Of a stretch of DNA of 64,000 nt, positions 20,220 to 30,404 are shown in pieces. The stretch's first letter is position 1. Each line of letters opens with the position of its first letter. The notes below the pieces were generated by a model. The model made no database searches and was not told where the DNA came from. It worked only from the letters and a program-made list of their open reading frames with translations. The position numbers and the translations under genes were made by a program. Source of the DNA: Escherichia phage AidaStucki_Bas93; the sequence record PQ850593.1; one strand, written 5' to 3'.

Positions 20220-21272
20220 ATGTCTTTATTTGGAAAATCAGCTTCTAGCAAAACCACAGTGGCTCCTTCCTCTCAGGTTGATGCCCTGCTGAAGCAGATT
20301 GTTGCTAATGCTCAGAATATGCAGAACAACGATCAGGGATTCATTTCCCAACAGCTGGCTGGGTTTAATGGCAACCAACAAGGTGCTCTGAACAACTTGG
20401 CAGCTTCTACTACTCAAAAGCAATTGGCTGATATGTACACACCTCGTACACAGCAAGGGCTAGACCAACTGAATTCTCTTGCCCAGCAGTATCAGAATAT
20501 TGTTAATGGTGGTGGCCTGACTGCTGACGGTGTTAATAACTTTAGTAGAGGTTTAAACAACTCAGCTCTTGCTCAAGCTACCAGTAAAGCAGCTTCCAAT
20601 GTATCTCTTGGAAATGGTTCTGACTCAGGATCTCTTCGTAGAGCTGCTGCTCAGGGTGCTGCTCTTAATGGTGCTAATACAAATCTCTCTCGTACCATCA
20701 ATGGTAAGAACATGGGAATTAGTGCTCTTCAACAAGATCAAAACTTCCAGAGAGGTTTGCTTGGTGCTCAGTCTGGTTTAGCTGGACAGAACCTCAATCT
20801 CGGTGCACAAGGTGTTCAGGCAACTCAGCAAGCTATCCAGAATCAACTCATGGCTGGTAATTTACAACAGCAACAAGCTCAAGATCAAGCAGATATCAAT
20901 TGGCAGAATACTATTGGTTCTCGGCAGTATGGGTGGAATCAGCTTAATAATCAGCTTAATGTATTAAACAGTGTAAGCCCGATGGCTGGATATACGATTA
21001 AGAATGCTGCTCCGGGTATCAATACAGGACAACAGCTCCTAGGTGCTGGTATTACTGGTTTAGGTATTGCAGGTCGTTTGGGTGCTTTCTCTCCTGACCA
21101 ACAGACTCAGAATGCTTGGAGTTCCTATAACAATTCAGGCGGGCAATCTGGAATGGCTGGTCCTATGATTGGGGGTTCTAATCTTTCTCAACAGAAAGGT
21201 CAGTCTAACTGGTTATCCACAATGGGTAATAATATCTTAGGTGGTGTCTTAGGGGCATTCGGAGCAAACTAA
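20220..21272 (+). CDS. Q/N/G-rich putative internal virion protein
   Basis: 350-aa low-complexity ORF in the structural block. Confidence 0.4.
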   Translation: MSLFGKSASSKTTVAPSSQVDALLKQIVANAQNMQNNDQGFISQQLAGFNGNQQGALNNLAASTTQKQLADMYTPRTQQGLDQLNSLAQQYQNIVNGGGLTADGVNNFSRGLNNSALAQATSKAASNVSLGNGSDSGSLRRAAAQGAALNGANTNLSRTINGKNMGISALQQDQNFQRGLLGAQSGLAGQNLNLGAQGVQATQQAIQNQLMAGNLQQQQAQDQADINWQNTIGSRQYGWNQLNNQLNVLNSVSPMAGYTIKNAAPGINTGQQLLGAGITGLGIAGRLGAFSPDQQTQNAWSSYNNSGGQSGMAGPMIGGSNLSQQKGQSNWLSTMGNNILGGVLGAFGAN

Positions 21273-21284
21273 AGGAGATTTGAT

Positions 21285-22253
21285 ATGGCTTTATTTGGAG
21301 GAGGGAATAGTAAAACTACTTCCCAAATGATTCGCCCTGAATACATTCAACAGTATATTGACCAGCTTAACCAACTGATTGGTAATACTAGTTCAGGGGA
21401 TTATGTTTATCGTGACAATGTAGGGTTTAATAATAACCAGACAGAAGCTCTTAACAACTTAGCACAATCTGGTGCTCTAGGGACTCTCTCGCAGCAATAT
21501 ATGGATGCAGCAGGTCAAGGGTTAGGTTATCTGGATAATGCCTATAAAGGTTATCAGAGCCTTTCTGGACAAGGCGGAGTTACTGGAGAACAGATTGGTG
21601 CTCTTGCTGGTCAACTATATGATGACGATGCTGTGCAAGCAGCTATTACAGCTAATAATGAACAAGTTCAACAAAACCTAGCACGTAATGCTCTTCCTCA
21701 GCTAGCTCAACAATATGCTGGTCAGCAGGGTTCAGGTGCTCGTATGGCTAAATCTTTTGCTCAAGGCGATGCTCTGAATCAGATGCAAGGACAAGCAACA
21801 GATATTACCAACAGTGCCTATAATTCGGCTATCAGTCAAGCTGAAAGCATTCTCTCTGGTAATAGACAGAATCAGGCAGCTGCTCTCTCAGGTCTTTCCA
21901 ATATTGGTTCTAACCTTTCTAACTTAGGTCAGCAAGGTGCTAATTTGTCTCAACAGCAAATGTTGAATCAATGGAATGCAGGGTTGCAGCAACAACAGCA
22001 ACAACAGAATGAATATGATAATGCCTACCAGAATGCCCAGAATGCAGCTAACTGGGGATGGCAGGATATCAATAACCAACTCGGTGCAGCAGGTGTACTT
22101 AACGGTGCTCTTGGACAAACTACAACTACCAAAACATCTGGTGGTGGCGGTGGCTTCTTAGGTGGAGCTATGAGTGGTGCAGCGGCAGGTTCTTCCTTTG
22201 GACCTTGGGGTGCATTGGCAGGGGGCGTAATCGGTGGGTTGGCTAGTAATTAA
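21285..22253 (+). CDS. Q/N/G-rich putative internal virion protein
   Basis: 322 aa, composition similar to the preceding ORF (possible paralogue). Confidence 0.4.
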   Translation: MALFGGGNSKTTSQMIRPEYIQQYIDQLNQLIGNTSSGDYVYRDNVGFNNNQTEALNNLAQSGALGTLSQQYMDAAGQGLGYLDNAYKGYQSLSGQGGVTGEQIGALAGQLYDDDAVQAAITANNEQVQQNLARNALPQLAQQYAGQQGSGARMAKSFAQGDALNQMQGQATDITNSAYNSAISQAESILSGNRQNQAAALSGLSNIGSNLSNLGQQGANLSQQQMLNQWNAGLQQQQQQQNEYDNAYQNAQNAANWGWQDINNQLGAAGVLNGALGQTTTTKTSGGGGGFLGGAMSGAAAGSSFGPWGALAGGVIGGLASN

Positions 22254-22266
22254 TTAGGAGACAAAT

Positions 22267-23922
22267 ATGCAACAGACAACTTACGCTCAGGTCAGAAGTC
22301 GTGACCCGAGAAATACTTTCTATGGTGTTAATCCGGGAGCGGCTTCGGCCTCTCCTTATATGGCTAGACCTATTCAGACAGCAGATGTTTCTATGTACCG
22401 ACGTCCTTCTGTACCTCCATCTCTCGCAGGTCTTATCTCTCAGGCAGAAGAAGATCAGAATGCTATGGTGAATCCGGGATTCCAGCAACGTCTTATGGAA
22501 CAACAGAATCGAGGAACCCCAACAAGTCTTCAGGGTATTGATATTGGAGCACCAGCCCCTGTAGCAGCTAATCCTAATTTATCCACTGATCAGGGTTTAC
22601 AAGATGCTGGACTTATGCCTAGCGACCCTCTTCCGGTAACGCCTCCTACTAAACCGCTAGAAGATGGCCCTATGGAGTTTACTCCTTCTCAAGTGGAACA
22701 GGCACAAGGTGTTGTTACTACTCTTGCTCAAGGTCAGGACACTGGAGACGGAATGGCTGGGGCTACTCGTATTAAAGATCAGGAACGTGTTAATAATGAT
22801 ATCATGCAAATTGCTAAAGCTAAAGACCCTTCCGAAGCTTGGAATAAACTACAGAAAGAACCTTTCTATCAGAATTCCAGTTTCTATACAGGTTTGATGG
22901 GTGTAGGTCTTTCTATCATGTCAGGTAAATCTCCTATCGAAGCATTCCAAATTGGTCAGGGAATGGCTAATCAAGATGAGACTAAGAAGCAACTAGAAGC
23001 TAACCGTGATGCTCTGATTGAACAAGGTTTCTCTCAAGATTCAATTGCAGCTGCTATTGCTAACGGAGATCCATCTCTTCTGAAGATGAAAGCTGTAGAC
23101 CCTGCTCAGAAAGAAGCGTTGTATGCTGCTCGTGAAGAACGACAGAATGCTGAATGGGACAGACGTCAACAGATTCAAGAGCAGACTATGCGTGAGCGTG
23201 CTGAGGAAACTCGTCGTGCCGCTGAAGAAAGGGCTAATATGAACTTTGAACGTCAGAAAGAGTTGATTGGATATCGTGATCAAGTTAAGGCTGAACGTGC
23301 CGAACAAGCTGCTCAGAGTTTTAACTTTAACCCGAAAGAAGTTCGTCTTGCTCAGAATACAGCTGAAGGTACGGTTGCTAAGCAGTGGGCAGAGAAAGGT
23401 GGCCTGTTTAACCAGTCTAACAAAGACTTGGATTTGGCTGACAAAGCAGTTAAAGATAAAGATTATCAGACAGCTCGTTCTGCTTACATGCAGGCTATTA
23501 TGAACTCCGCAAGGGCTGAAATCGGTGCTACTCGTTCTCTTACCGAAGAAGACTTGGGGCACTTTGCAGAAGACCCATCAATCTTCATTCGTGTTGGCAA
23601 CAAGTTTGCACTGAAATCTGGATGGCGTCCTACTGATTCTGCTCTTGCTTATGCTCGTAAGCAAGCTAACGTTGGTCACACCTCTGCAATGAAAGGTGTT
23701 GCTGATGCTAAGAGAGCTACGATTGAAGCTTACATCGGTTCTGGTATGGATAAGAAGAGAGCTACTGCATTGGTTAACCGTGCAATCCCTTCTGGCGGTT
23801 TCTATGATCCTCTCGGTGTTTTCTCTGAGGAAGCAGAAGAGGCAGTTGGTGGTGCAGCAACCAATCCTAAACTGAATGGTGCTTTATCAGCTGTTGAAGA
23901 CACTAGCTGGTTCACTGAGTAA
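22267..23922 (+). CDS. hypothetical virion protein
   Basis: 551-aa ORF with a charged coiled-coil region. Confidence 0.4.
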   Translation: MQQTTYAQVRSRDPRNTFYGVNPGAASASPYMARPIQTADVSMYRRPSVPPSLAGLISQAEEDQNAMVNPGFQQRLMEQQNRGTPTSLQGIDIGAPAPVAANPNLSTDQGLQDAGLMPSDPLPVTPPTKPLEDGPMEFTPSQVEQAQGVVTTLAQGQDTGDGMAGATRIKDQERVNNDIMQIAKAKDPSEAWNKLQKEPFYQNSSFYTGLMGVGLSIMSGKSPIEAFQIGQGMANQDETKKQLEANRDALIEQGFSQDSIAAAIANGDPSLLKMKAVDPAQKEALYAAREERQNAEWDRRQQIQEQTMRERAEETRRAAEERANMNFERQKELIGYRDQVKAERAEQAAQSFNFNPKEVRLAQNTAEGTVAKQWAEKGGLFNQSNKDLDLADKAVKDKDYQTARSAYMQAIMNSARAEIGATRSLTEEDLGHFAEDPSIFIRVGNKFALKSGWRPTDSALAYARKQANVGHTSAMKGVADAKRATIEAYIGSGMDKKRATALVNRAIPSGGFYDPLGVFSEEAEEAVGGAATNPKLNGALSAVEDTSWFTE

Positions 23923-23940
23923 GACCTAAGTCCTGCCTTC

Positions 23941-23955
23941 CATAATGTATATAGG
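23941..23955 (+). promoter_or_regulatory. candidate phage promoter motif CATAATGTATATAGG
   Basis: TAATGTATA core about 40 nt upstream of the ATG at 23990. Confidence 0.4.
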
Positions 23956-23989
23956 AGGTAGGACATTTTTATTTATAAAAGGAGACGTT

Positions 23990-26900
23990 ATGGCTAACAT
24001 TAAACCGTGGGAAGAAGCTTCCAAAGCTCCTGCGTATCTGAATGCCTCTCCGGAGCAACAGGCTCAAATGAGAGAACAATATAAGGCAGCAGGTGGCTTT
24101 ATTCCTGAGGAACAACCAGTAGCACAACCACAACAAGAAGAACGTGGTGTTATAGGTGAGTTTGCTCAAGGTGTGTCAAATGCTCTTCAATCTGGTGGTG
24201 CAAACATTGCAGCTAGTGCTGCTAAAGGTATTGGTGGTTTAGTTGAGATTGGTGAAGACCTAATTGGAGCACAAACTAGTTATGGTAAGCGTATCCAAGA
24301 GAACTCTCAGAACCTTCTGAAAGAACGTATGGATAAGATTGAGGATGGGATTGGTAAAACTGCTGGGCAATATGCTGGGGTTGTTGGTGATATTGGTTTG
24401 ACAGTTACTAATCCGTTAGCTGCCGCTGCTATCATCGCAGGTCGTGAGACAGGTCGTGCATATGCGGATCAAACCCCTGAAGAGGGAGAAGACAAGTCTG
24501 TTCTGGATGCAGCCTTAGTTGGTGGTGCTAACTATGCAGCTCAGAGAATTCTTCCGGGTGCTGTTGGTACAGCTGAATCTACACTTGGTCGTATCGGTCA
24601 GAACGTTGTTACTAACGCAGTGGCTGGTGCTAAAGGCGGTGCTCTTGTAGGTGCTGCTGAAGCTCAGAACAAATATGGTGATGACACAACCTTTGCTAAT
24701 GTCTTAGAAGGCGCTATTGAAGAAGGTGCTATTGGTGCTGCATTCGGTGGTGCAGTGGGTGGTGTTCACGGTTTGATCAGCCGTCCAGATTCTGCTGTCT
24801 TCAAGAATACTCCAGAATATGCAAAGACTGACATTGCTGCTGACGATGAGCTGATTCGTAGTGCTAAGACTGTTGATGAACTGAAAGAAGCCTACTCTAA
24901 AGCTGAAACTGCTAACGCCGCTTCCGCTCTTAATCTTCTGGATGAGAATGGATTCCGTATTACTGATGCTGTTGCTGTAGATTCTCCTGCTGCTCAGCGT
25001 ATTCTTAATACAGACCAAGCTCGTGCTGAGAAAGCTGCTTCTGTTCAGAAAGAACATTCTAATATTCCGGGCCTTAATCCTTTGGCTTCTCCTGCTAAGA
25101 CTCGTGGTAAAGCATTCGCTGATAATGAGCACAACCAGAAGCAAGCTGTTGCTATGAAAGATGCAATGGCTGACTACACCAAGGATAACACGAAAGCTCT
25201 TACAGATGTTCTAGATAACCTAGACCGTGAATTAACTGCTTACCGAGCTGCTGATGATTTTACTGGCAATCCACTTGATGTCAAGAATCGCACACAAGCT
25301 GACCGTGACTTCGTTGATGCTTATAAGACTTTCTATAATGAAGCAAATCGATTCAAAGCTCGTGATGGTGAAGACTTTAACAACTTTGTAGAGAAAGCTA
25401 CTGAGCTACGGAAGATGGCTGATAACGTTTCTCCAGAGATGAAGAAAGCTATTAGTGGGTTGAAGAAACTGAAAGGTATGCCTGAAGGTTTTAACCCTAT
25501 TCAAGATGCTTATACTCTGAACAATGCAGCTAAGTTCATGAGCAACCAAGACCGTGGTTGGACTTCCCTGACCGATGATGGATTCCGTGAGGCTTCTTCT
25601 CCTAGTCTGGTTATGAACACACTCGGTGCTGCTAAGTATGCTCTGAATCGCTTCTCTTCTCAGCGTGCTCGCTCTCAACGTGTTAAGCAACAAGAAGCTA
25701 ACAGCGAAGCTATCCGCTCTCTGGCTCGTGGTGATTTGGAAGTTGCTCGTGCTAAATCTACTGCTGATGAAGCTCGTGCTAAAATGGAAGAAGAACCAGT
25801 TGTTGATGACATTAAATTTAAGACGCAAAATGACGTGGAAACCGAACCGGTTCGGGAGCCTTCTTCTAGTACTGTGACGGAAGAAAATCTTCCTTCTTCC
25901 ACTCCTCAAGAAGCCCCTCTTACAGCTCGCGATTTAGTTGCTCAAAGACGTGCAGTTAAGCAGGCAGAACAGCGTCGTGCTCAAGAAGAGGCCGCACAGG
26001 CTCCAGAACCCACTGTAGAGGAACCAACAGTCAAAGCCGAGCCATTACCTGCCCGTGCTCCTAAAGCTCCTAAGGAGTCTATACAGGACGTTAAACCGGC
26101 AAGTGGTGTAGAACGTTTAGCTGCCATGTCTAGTGCTGCTCGTCAGGCTACTATAGATCGTGCAGAACGTTTTGCTCGTTCTCTGTACTCTCAGACTGCT
26201 AAGGCTAAGGCCACTGCTGAAAACTTCTTGGCTTACAAGGGAAGTTATAGGGAGTTGATGCGTCGGATTCGTCAGGAAGATAATGCTATCAACACTGAGC
26301 GTCATGAAGAGATGGCTCGTAATCAGCTAGCTTCTCAGCAAGGTATTGCTACTGCTAAGAACAACACTGTACGAACTAACTTTGCTGAATGGGTTAAGGA
26401 ACGTGGTCTGCCAGAAGACATTGCTACTAAGGCATTACGTGCTGAAGAGAAGGGTTTAGGTGGGAACGTGACTAACTTAGATAGTCTGAAACGTCGTGCT
26501 GAAAGGTTGTATCAGAAGCAGCGTGAGGATGAGTTTGATAGACTGTATCAACAGGCTCTGGAAGAGAATAAAGCTTTTGATAAGAAGAATGCTCCTAAAC
26601 TGGCTGACCAGAAGAAAGAGCTTCAATCTGAGATTGACACTTTGATTGATTCAGAACCTTTACGTCCTGCTCAGAAAGATGCTGTGCGTAAACTGATGAA
26701 TGACTTTGTAGATGAGAAGTTTAAATCTTCAGAGAAGGCTGGTAGGGAAGAAGCTTTGGAAGTAGGTCAGATGAAGGATATTTGGGATGGGTTTATTAAC
26801 ACCTATAACAGAGAAGTGAATGCCTTCAACAAAGCTAACAAGAACTCTCAGTATGAGGCTGCTGCTAAACACTTGCAGGCTCGTGAGGAGCGTCTTATCT

Positions 26901-28297
26901 CTTTACGTAACAGAGCAGAAGCTCGTGCTCAAGCGAAAGCTACAGCAGAAGCTGAACGTCAGTTACTCGAAGCTATTGCTGGTCAGAAGACTGAGATAGA
27001 GAAGATGTTTGATGAGTTACCTAAACCTGTCCGCGAGGCTCAGGAAAGCCGTACTCTGAAACAGCTTGCAGCTCACCATGATAAGAACTCCCCTGTTCCT
27101 CCAGAACGTTTCCGTAGTATTATCGAACGTATCCACAACGCCGAGTCAGATTACCTTGATCGTCAGCGTCGTTTAACTGATGCAGAAGAAGATGCTCGTC
27201 AGGCTAAGTGGAACAAAATGTATGAGCAAGCGGAAGAGATGGACCGTAAGTTTGAGATAGACAAAAGGGTTAAGCGCAGTGAAGAGCTTAAAGCGGCTCA
27301 GAAGCGTGAGAATGACCTTATGGCGGTACAACGTCAACGTGACGACATCCATCGTCGCCTGATGCATACTTTGGAGGATAGGGGCATATCTAAAGAGGAT
27401 GCTGAAGCATTTGCTGGTTCCTACATGGATAACCGTTATGCACTTCTTGATAAGCCTATGACTCCTACTGAACATCAGAATGCTCGTTCTCGTATTGAGG
27501 CTGATGTTGAGAAGTTTGCTAAGAAGTACGAATCAATGACTCCTATTGAGAAAGAGATTGTTAAGGTTACTGGAGATACTGAAGGTAAGCTTGATAACTT
27601 GGATGCGGATACTAGGAAGGCTATTGAGGAGGCTCAGAAGGTGGACTCTGATATTAAGAAACTGCAAGAGGAAGAGATGGAGATGGAGAAGATTCGTTCT
27701 GCTCTGCCTGATGATGAAAGATCTCAAGCAAATTCTGATATCTTGGAAAGCATTAAACAGCAGGAAGAAGCCTTTGCTGATAAAGCAGAGAAAGCTTTCT
27801 TGAATGGGAAGAGCTTGGATGAGTTGGCTAGTGTGGCTGAAGTTTTAGACAGGGTTCATGGTGCAGACAAGGCTGGTAACAACCGTCGCTTTGTACGTGC
27901 ATTGCAGACTGCTGCTGAAAACAAGAAGAAGTATGGTGATAATCCGGTAGCTTGGTTTAGTGCTGATGATTATTCTGCTATTGCTAAACTTGGTGCTTCT
28001 TCCGCAGGTGGTAACAAATCTAGAGCACTGGAGAAAATCTTTGGTTCTACAGCTGAACAAGCTAAGAGTAAGTTGCTTGGCAGGGATGATGTAGCGAAGA
28101 TGAGACGTGTAATTGAAGAGAACCCTGATATTAAGATTCCTTCTTACAAGACAACGAATCGTACTGAGTACTTGCAGTTCTTGGAGAAGTTTAATGACGA
28201 AGGGAAGCCGAAGATTAAACGTGGCTCATTGTCAGAGAAGCTTGAACGCAGTAAGCGTCAATCGAGACTCCGTGTAAGAGTTCGATCTAAGGAGTGA
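23990..28297 (+). CDS. large putative internal virion/ejection protein
   Basis: about 1435 aa, charged and helical; start moved to MANIKPW (AAAGGAG RBS); last gene of the plus-strand arm. Confidence 0.5.
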   Translation: MANIKPWEEASKAPAYLNASPEQQAQMREQYKAAGGFIPEEQPVAQPQQEERGVIGEFAQGVSNALQSGGANIAASAAKGIGGLVEIGEDLIGAQTSYGKRIQENSQNLLKERMDKIEDGIGKTAGQYAGVVGDIGLTVTNPLAAAAIIAGRETGRAYADQTPEEGEDKSVLDAALVGGANYAAQRILPGAVGTAESTLGRIGQNVVTNAVAGAKGGALVGAAEAQNKYGDDTTFANVLEGAIEEGAIGAAFGGAVGGVHGLISRPDSAVFKNTPEYAKTDIAADDELIRSAKTVDELKEAYSKAETANAASALNLLDENGFRITDAVAVDSPAAQRILNTDQARAEKAASVQKEHSNIPGLNPLASPAKTRGKAFADNEHNQKQAVAMKDAMADYTKDNTKALTDVLDNLDRELTAYRAADDFTGNPLDVKNRTQADRDFVDAYKTFYNEANRFKARDGEDFNNFVEKATELRKMADNVSPEMKKAISGLKKLKGMPEGFNPIQDAYTLNNAAKFMSNQDRGWTSLTDDGFREASSPSLVMNTLGAAKYALNRFSSQRARSQRVKQQEANSEAIRSLARGDLEVARAKSTADEARAKMEEEPVVDDIKFKTQNDVETEPVREPSSSTVTEENLPSSTPQEAPLTARDLVAQRRAVKQAEQRRAQEEAAQAPEPTVEEPTVKAEPLPARAPKAPKESIQDVKPASGVERLAAMSSAARQATIDRAERFARSLYSQTAKAKATAENFLAYKGSYRELMRRIRQEDNAINTERHEEMARNQLASQQGIATAKNNTVRTNFAEWVKERGLPEDIATKALRAEEKGLGGNVTNLDSLKRRAERLYQKQREDEFDRLYQQALEENKAFDKKNAPKLADQKKELQSEIDTLIDSEPLRPAQKDAVRKLMNDFVDEKFKSSEKAGREEALEVGQMKDIWDGFINTYNREVNAFNKANKNSQYEAAAKHLQAREERLISLRNRAEARAQAKATAEAERQLLEAIAGQKTEIEKMFDELPKPVREAQESRTLKQLAAHHDKNSPVPPERFRSIIERIHNAESDYLDRQRRLTDAEEDARQAKWNKMYEQAEEMDRKFEIDKRVKRSEELKAAQKRENDLMAVQRQRDDIHRRLMHTLEDRGISKEDAEAFAGSYMDNRYALLDKPMTPTEHQNARSRIEADVEKFAKKYESMTPIEKEIVKVTGDTEGKLDNLDADTRKAIEEAQKVDSDIKKLQEEEMEMEKIRSALPDDERSQANSDILESIKQQEEAFADKAEKAFLNGKSLDELASVAEVLDRVHGADKAGNNRRFVRALQTAAENKKKYGDNPVAWFSADDYSAIAKLGASSAGGNKSRALEKIFGSTAEQAKSKLLGRDDVAKMRRVIEENPDIKIPSYKTTNRTEYLQFLEKFNDEGKPKIKRGSLSEKLERSKRQSRLRVRVRSKE

Positions 28298-28304
28298 TAA
28301 AAGA

Positions 28305-28349
28305 AAAGCCCTCAAGGAGAAAATCTCTTTGAGGGCTTTATTTGTTTTT
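28305..28349. terminator. bidirectional rho-independent terminator at the convergence point
   Basis: AGCCCTCAAGGAGA / TCTCTTTGAGGGCT hairpin flanked by A-run upstream and T-run downstream. Confidence 0.7.
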
Positions 28350-28602
28350 AGATTAAATCATAATACTGAATAATGTCAGAGAGTTTGAACTCTCGAATCT
28401 CATCTTTCTCTATATCTATCGCTGTCATAATCCAACAAGGTTTGCCACCGTTATGAAAACGGGAGCTAGCAACGGAGGTTCGGAGTGGAATAACGGACCG
28501 GTCAGCAACCTCGCCTCTCCAATTGCGATAGCGAAAGCGAAGCACTTGTTGCGTAGATTTTTGATCATCATTCATTTCCTTTCTTGAATTGTTTTCTTGC
28601 AT
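28348..28602 (-). CDS. hypothetical protein
   Basis: 84-aa ORF, last gene of the minus-strand arm. Confidence 0.4.
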   Translation of the reverse strand: MQENNSRKEMNDDQKSTQQVLRFRYRNWRGEVADRSVIPLRTSVASSRFHNGGKPCWIMTAIDIEKDEIREFKLSDIIQYYDLI

Positions 28603-28969
28603 CGTTTTCCATCTTTGTTTTTAGTTTATGACAAGGGTCTTTACACAGAACCTGAAAACCTTCTTTCTCACACAGAGCACGAGAGATGATTTCATCCCAA
28701 GTTGCTTCATGGTCAAGAGGTACTATAGGCTCTATGTGGTCAATAGCCATATCCTTTACAGGGTGGTCAGAACCACACATGGCACACCTAAAGTGCATTG
28801 CCAGTCTACCTGTCTTTGGATTAATCTTCTGCTCTGTCTTGGCTTCTGCTAGTGCATCGAACATGGGCTTCCACTTTCTAGTCAGAGAACGAATCCCTGA
28901 CTTAATGAAAGAGTTGTAACGAGCTTCAGTCCAAGTTCCACTACAGCGTGTCTTCTCAGACTTCGCCAT
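28568..28969 (-). CDS. HNH endonuclease
   Basis: CAMCG ... AIDHIEPI ... QVLCKDPCHKLKT HNH/zinc motif. Confidence 0.75.
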   Translation of the reverse strand: MAKSEKTRCSGTWTEARYNSFIKSGIRSLTRKWKPMFDALAEAKTEQKINPKTGRLAMHFRCAMCGSDHPVKDMAIDHIEPIVPLDHEATWDEIISRALCEKEGFQVLCKDPCHKLKTKMENDARKQFKKGNE

Positions 28970-29135
28970 AATCAGCTTCTTCCCAAACTCGTTTGTTTAC
29001 ACGATGACTCACTTTGCCCTCACGAGGAATACGACCTGTCCTCTGATCAAACAGTTGATGTTTAATCTTTTGATCTTTACGAGATTCACGATTGGAGGAG
29101 TTTTCATCATATGAACGATAATCAAATTTACCCAT
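28956..29135 (-). CDS. hypothetical small basic protein (59 aa)
   Basis: hand-translated ORF below track cutoff, AAGGA RBS; stop overlaps the HNH start. Confidence 0.25.
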   Translation of the reverse strand: MGKFDYRSYDENSSNRESRKDQKIKHQLFDQRTGRIPREGKVSHRVNKRVWEEADYGEV

Positions 29136-29148
29136 TATAATATCCTTA

Positions 29149-29967
29149 TTACCAAGATTTATCTAACCATGTCCAGTCGAACAGGTCTTCCGGAGCCTGA
29201 CCAACAAAGAGAAGCCGAGCATTCTCAAGCATTTTCTCTTCATCTTCAGTATCGAACTTCTTATAATATTCCATTCGTACTATATGATACATGGTCCACT
29301 TATCTGTAACCCCAGCCAACAACTTAGCTGCTGCTTTCTTCCCTATCCCTTGACGTCGAAGCTGGAGCTTACCGCCCCACATCACTTCTTTACGTTCACC
29401 ACATCCGGGAATATTATCTGTTCCATCTCCAATCAGCATCTGATAGAAGAAATTTTGCCATGAAACTAAATCAGATACGTAGTGAGGAGGAACCTCTTTT
29501 TGTCTTTCTCCACAAGCCCAACGGTAATGCCATCCGGGAGTTATTAACAAATCTTTGTCTCTAGTACAGATGATAGTGTTCTTATCTCTACGTTGCCTTT
29601 CAGCTAGTGCATCATCAGCCTCTCTCCCAAATACATCTATGTATTCATACTTACCTTTAATATAATCACCGACATTTTGCCAGTGAAAAGGTCTTTCTCC
29701 GGGAGGTCTGTTTGCTTTGTAGTCTTGCTGCTTAGCAACATCGAAACGGAAGTTACCGCCTTCGCTGAAGTAGAACACAACCTTACTGCAACCTGAGCGA
29801 GCAATGATAGTATCTATCTTGTACTGAAGTCGTTCAATCATGAAATTATAATCAACTGGAACACGTCCTGTGTCAAGAAAGGGATGCTCCTGAGTAAGGG
29901 CACCCACTTCATATCGAAGAACATCTCCGTCCACAATCGCTACTTCTGGATAAGATATATCACTCAT
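29149..29967 (-). CDS. 5'-3' exonuclease / flap endonuclease (FEN family)
   Basis: N-terminal AIVDGD and GIGKKAAAKLL helix-3-turn-helix motif; start moved to MSDISYPEV with GGAGG RBS. Confidence 0.75.
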   Translation of the reverse strand: MSDISYPEVAIVDGDVLRYEVGALTQEHPFLDTGRVPVDYNFMIERLQYKIDTIIARSGCSKVVFYFSEGGNFRFDVAKQQDYKANRPPGERPFHWQNVGDYIKGKYEYIDVFGREADDALAERQRRDKNTIICTRDKDLLITPGWHYRWACGERQKEVPPHYVSDLVSWQNFFYQMLIGDGTDNIPGCGERKEVMWGGKLQLRRQGIGKKAAAKLLAGVTDKWTMYHIVRMEYYKKFDTEDEEKMLENARLLFVGQAPEDLFDWTWLDKSW

Positions 29968-30403
29968 GATTTCCTCCATGGTGTCGGATAAGGTGACAAT
30001 TAGCACAGAGCATGACACATTTATCTAACTCTGCCTTAAGTTTAGGCCAGTACCGATAGTATGAAGGGTTTTCGTCTTTTGTTTGTTCATCCAGATGATG
30101 GAACTGCATAACACAAGGTGGGTATTCTTTTTTACAATCTAAGCAAACACCTCCCATGTATTCTATTGCTTTTATCTTAAGATCTCTATTTGCCTTATTA
30201 GCAACCTCTTGCCGTCTTTTTCTATTGGCAGCATACCAAGCTCTTTTCTTTTCTGCGGTACAAATCCTACAAGTTCCAGTAACACCCTTAGTACACATCT
30301 TATTGGGGTGATATTCTGTTATGGCTTTTTCAACCCCACAAACGTTACACACCTTAGTATCAGCATCCACTATAGCTACTTCAGGGAGCTTAACGTCTTC
30401 CAT
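29960..30403 (-). CDS. HNH endonuclease, free-standing
   Basis: Cys-rich zinc-binding N-terminus and QFHHLD ... NCHLIRHH motif; stop overlaps the FEN start codon. Confidence 0.7.
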   Translation of the reverse strand: MEDVKLPEVAIVDADTKVCNVCGVEKAITEYHPNKMCTKGVTGTCRICTAEKKRAWYAANRKRRQEVANKANRDLKIKAIEYMGGVCLDCKKEYPPCVMQFHHLDEQTKDENPSYYRYWPKLKAELDKCVMLCANCHLIRHHGGNHE

Positions 30404-30404
30404 A

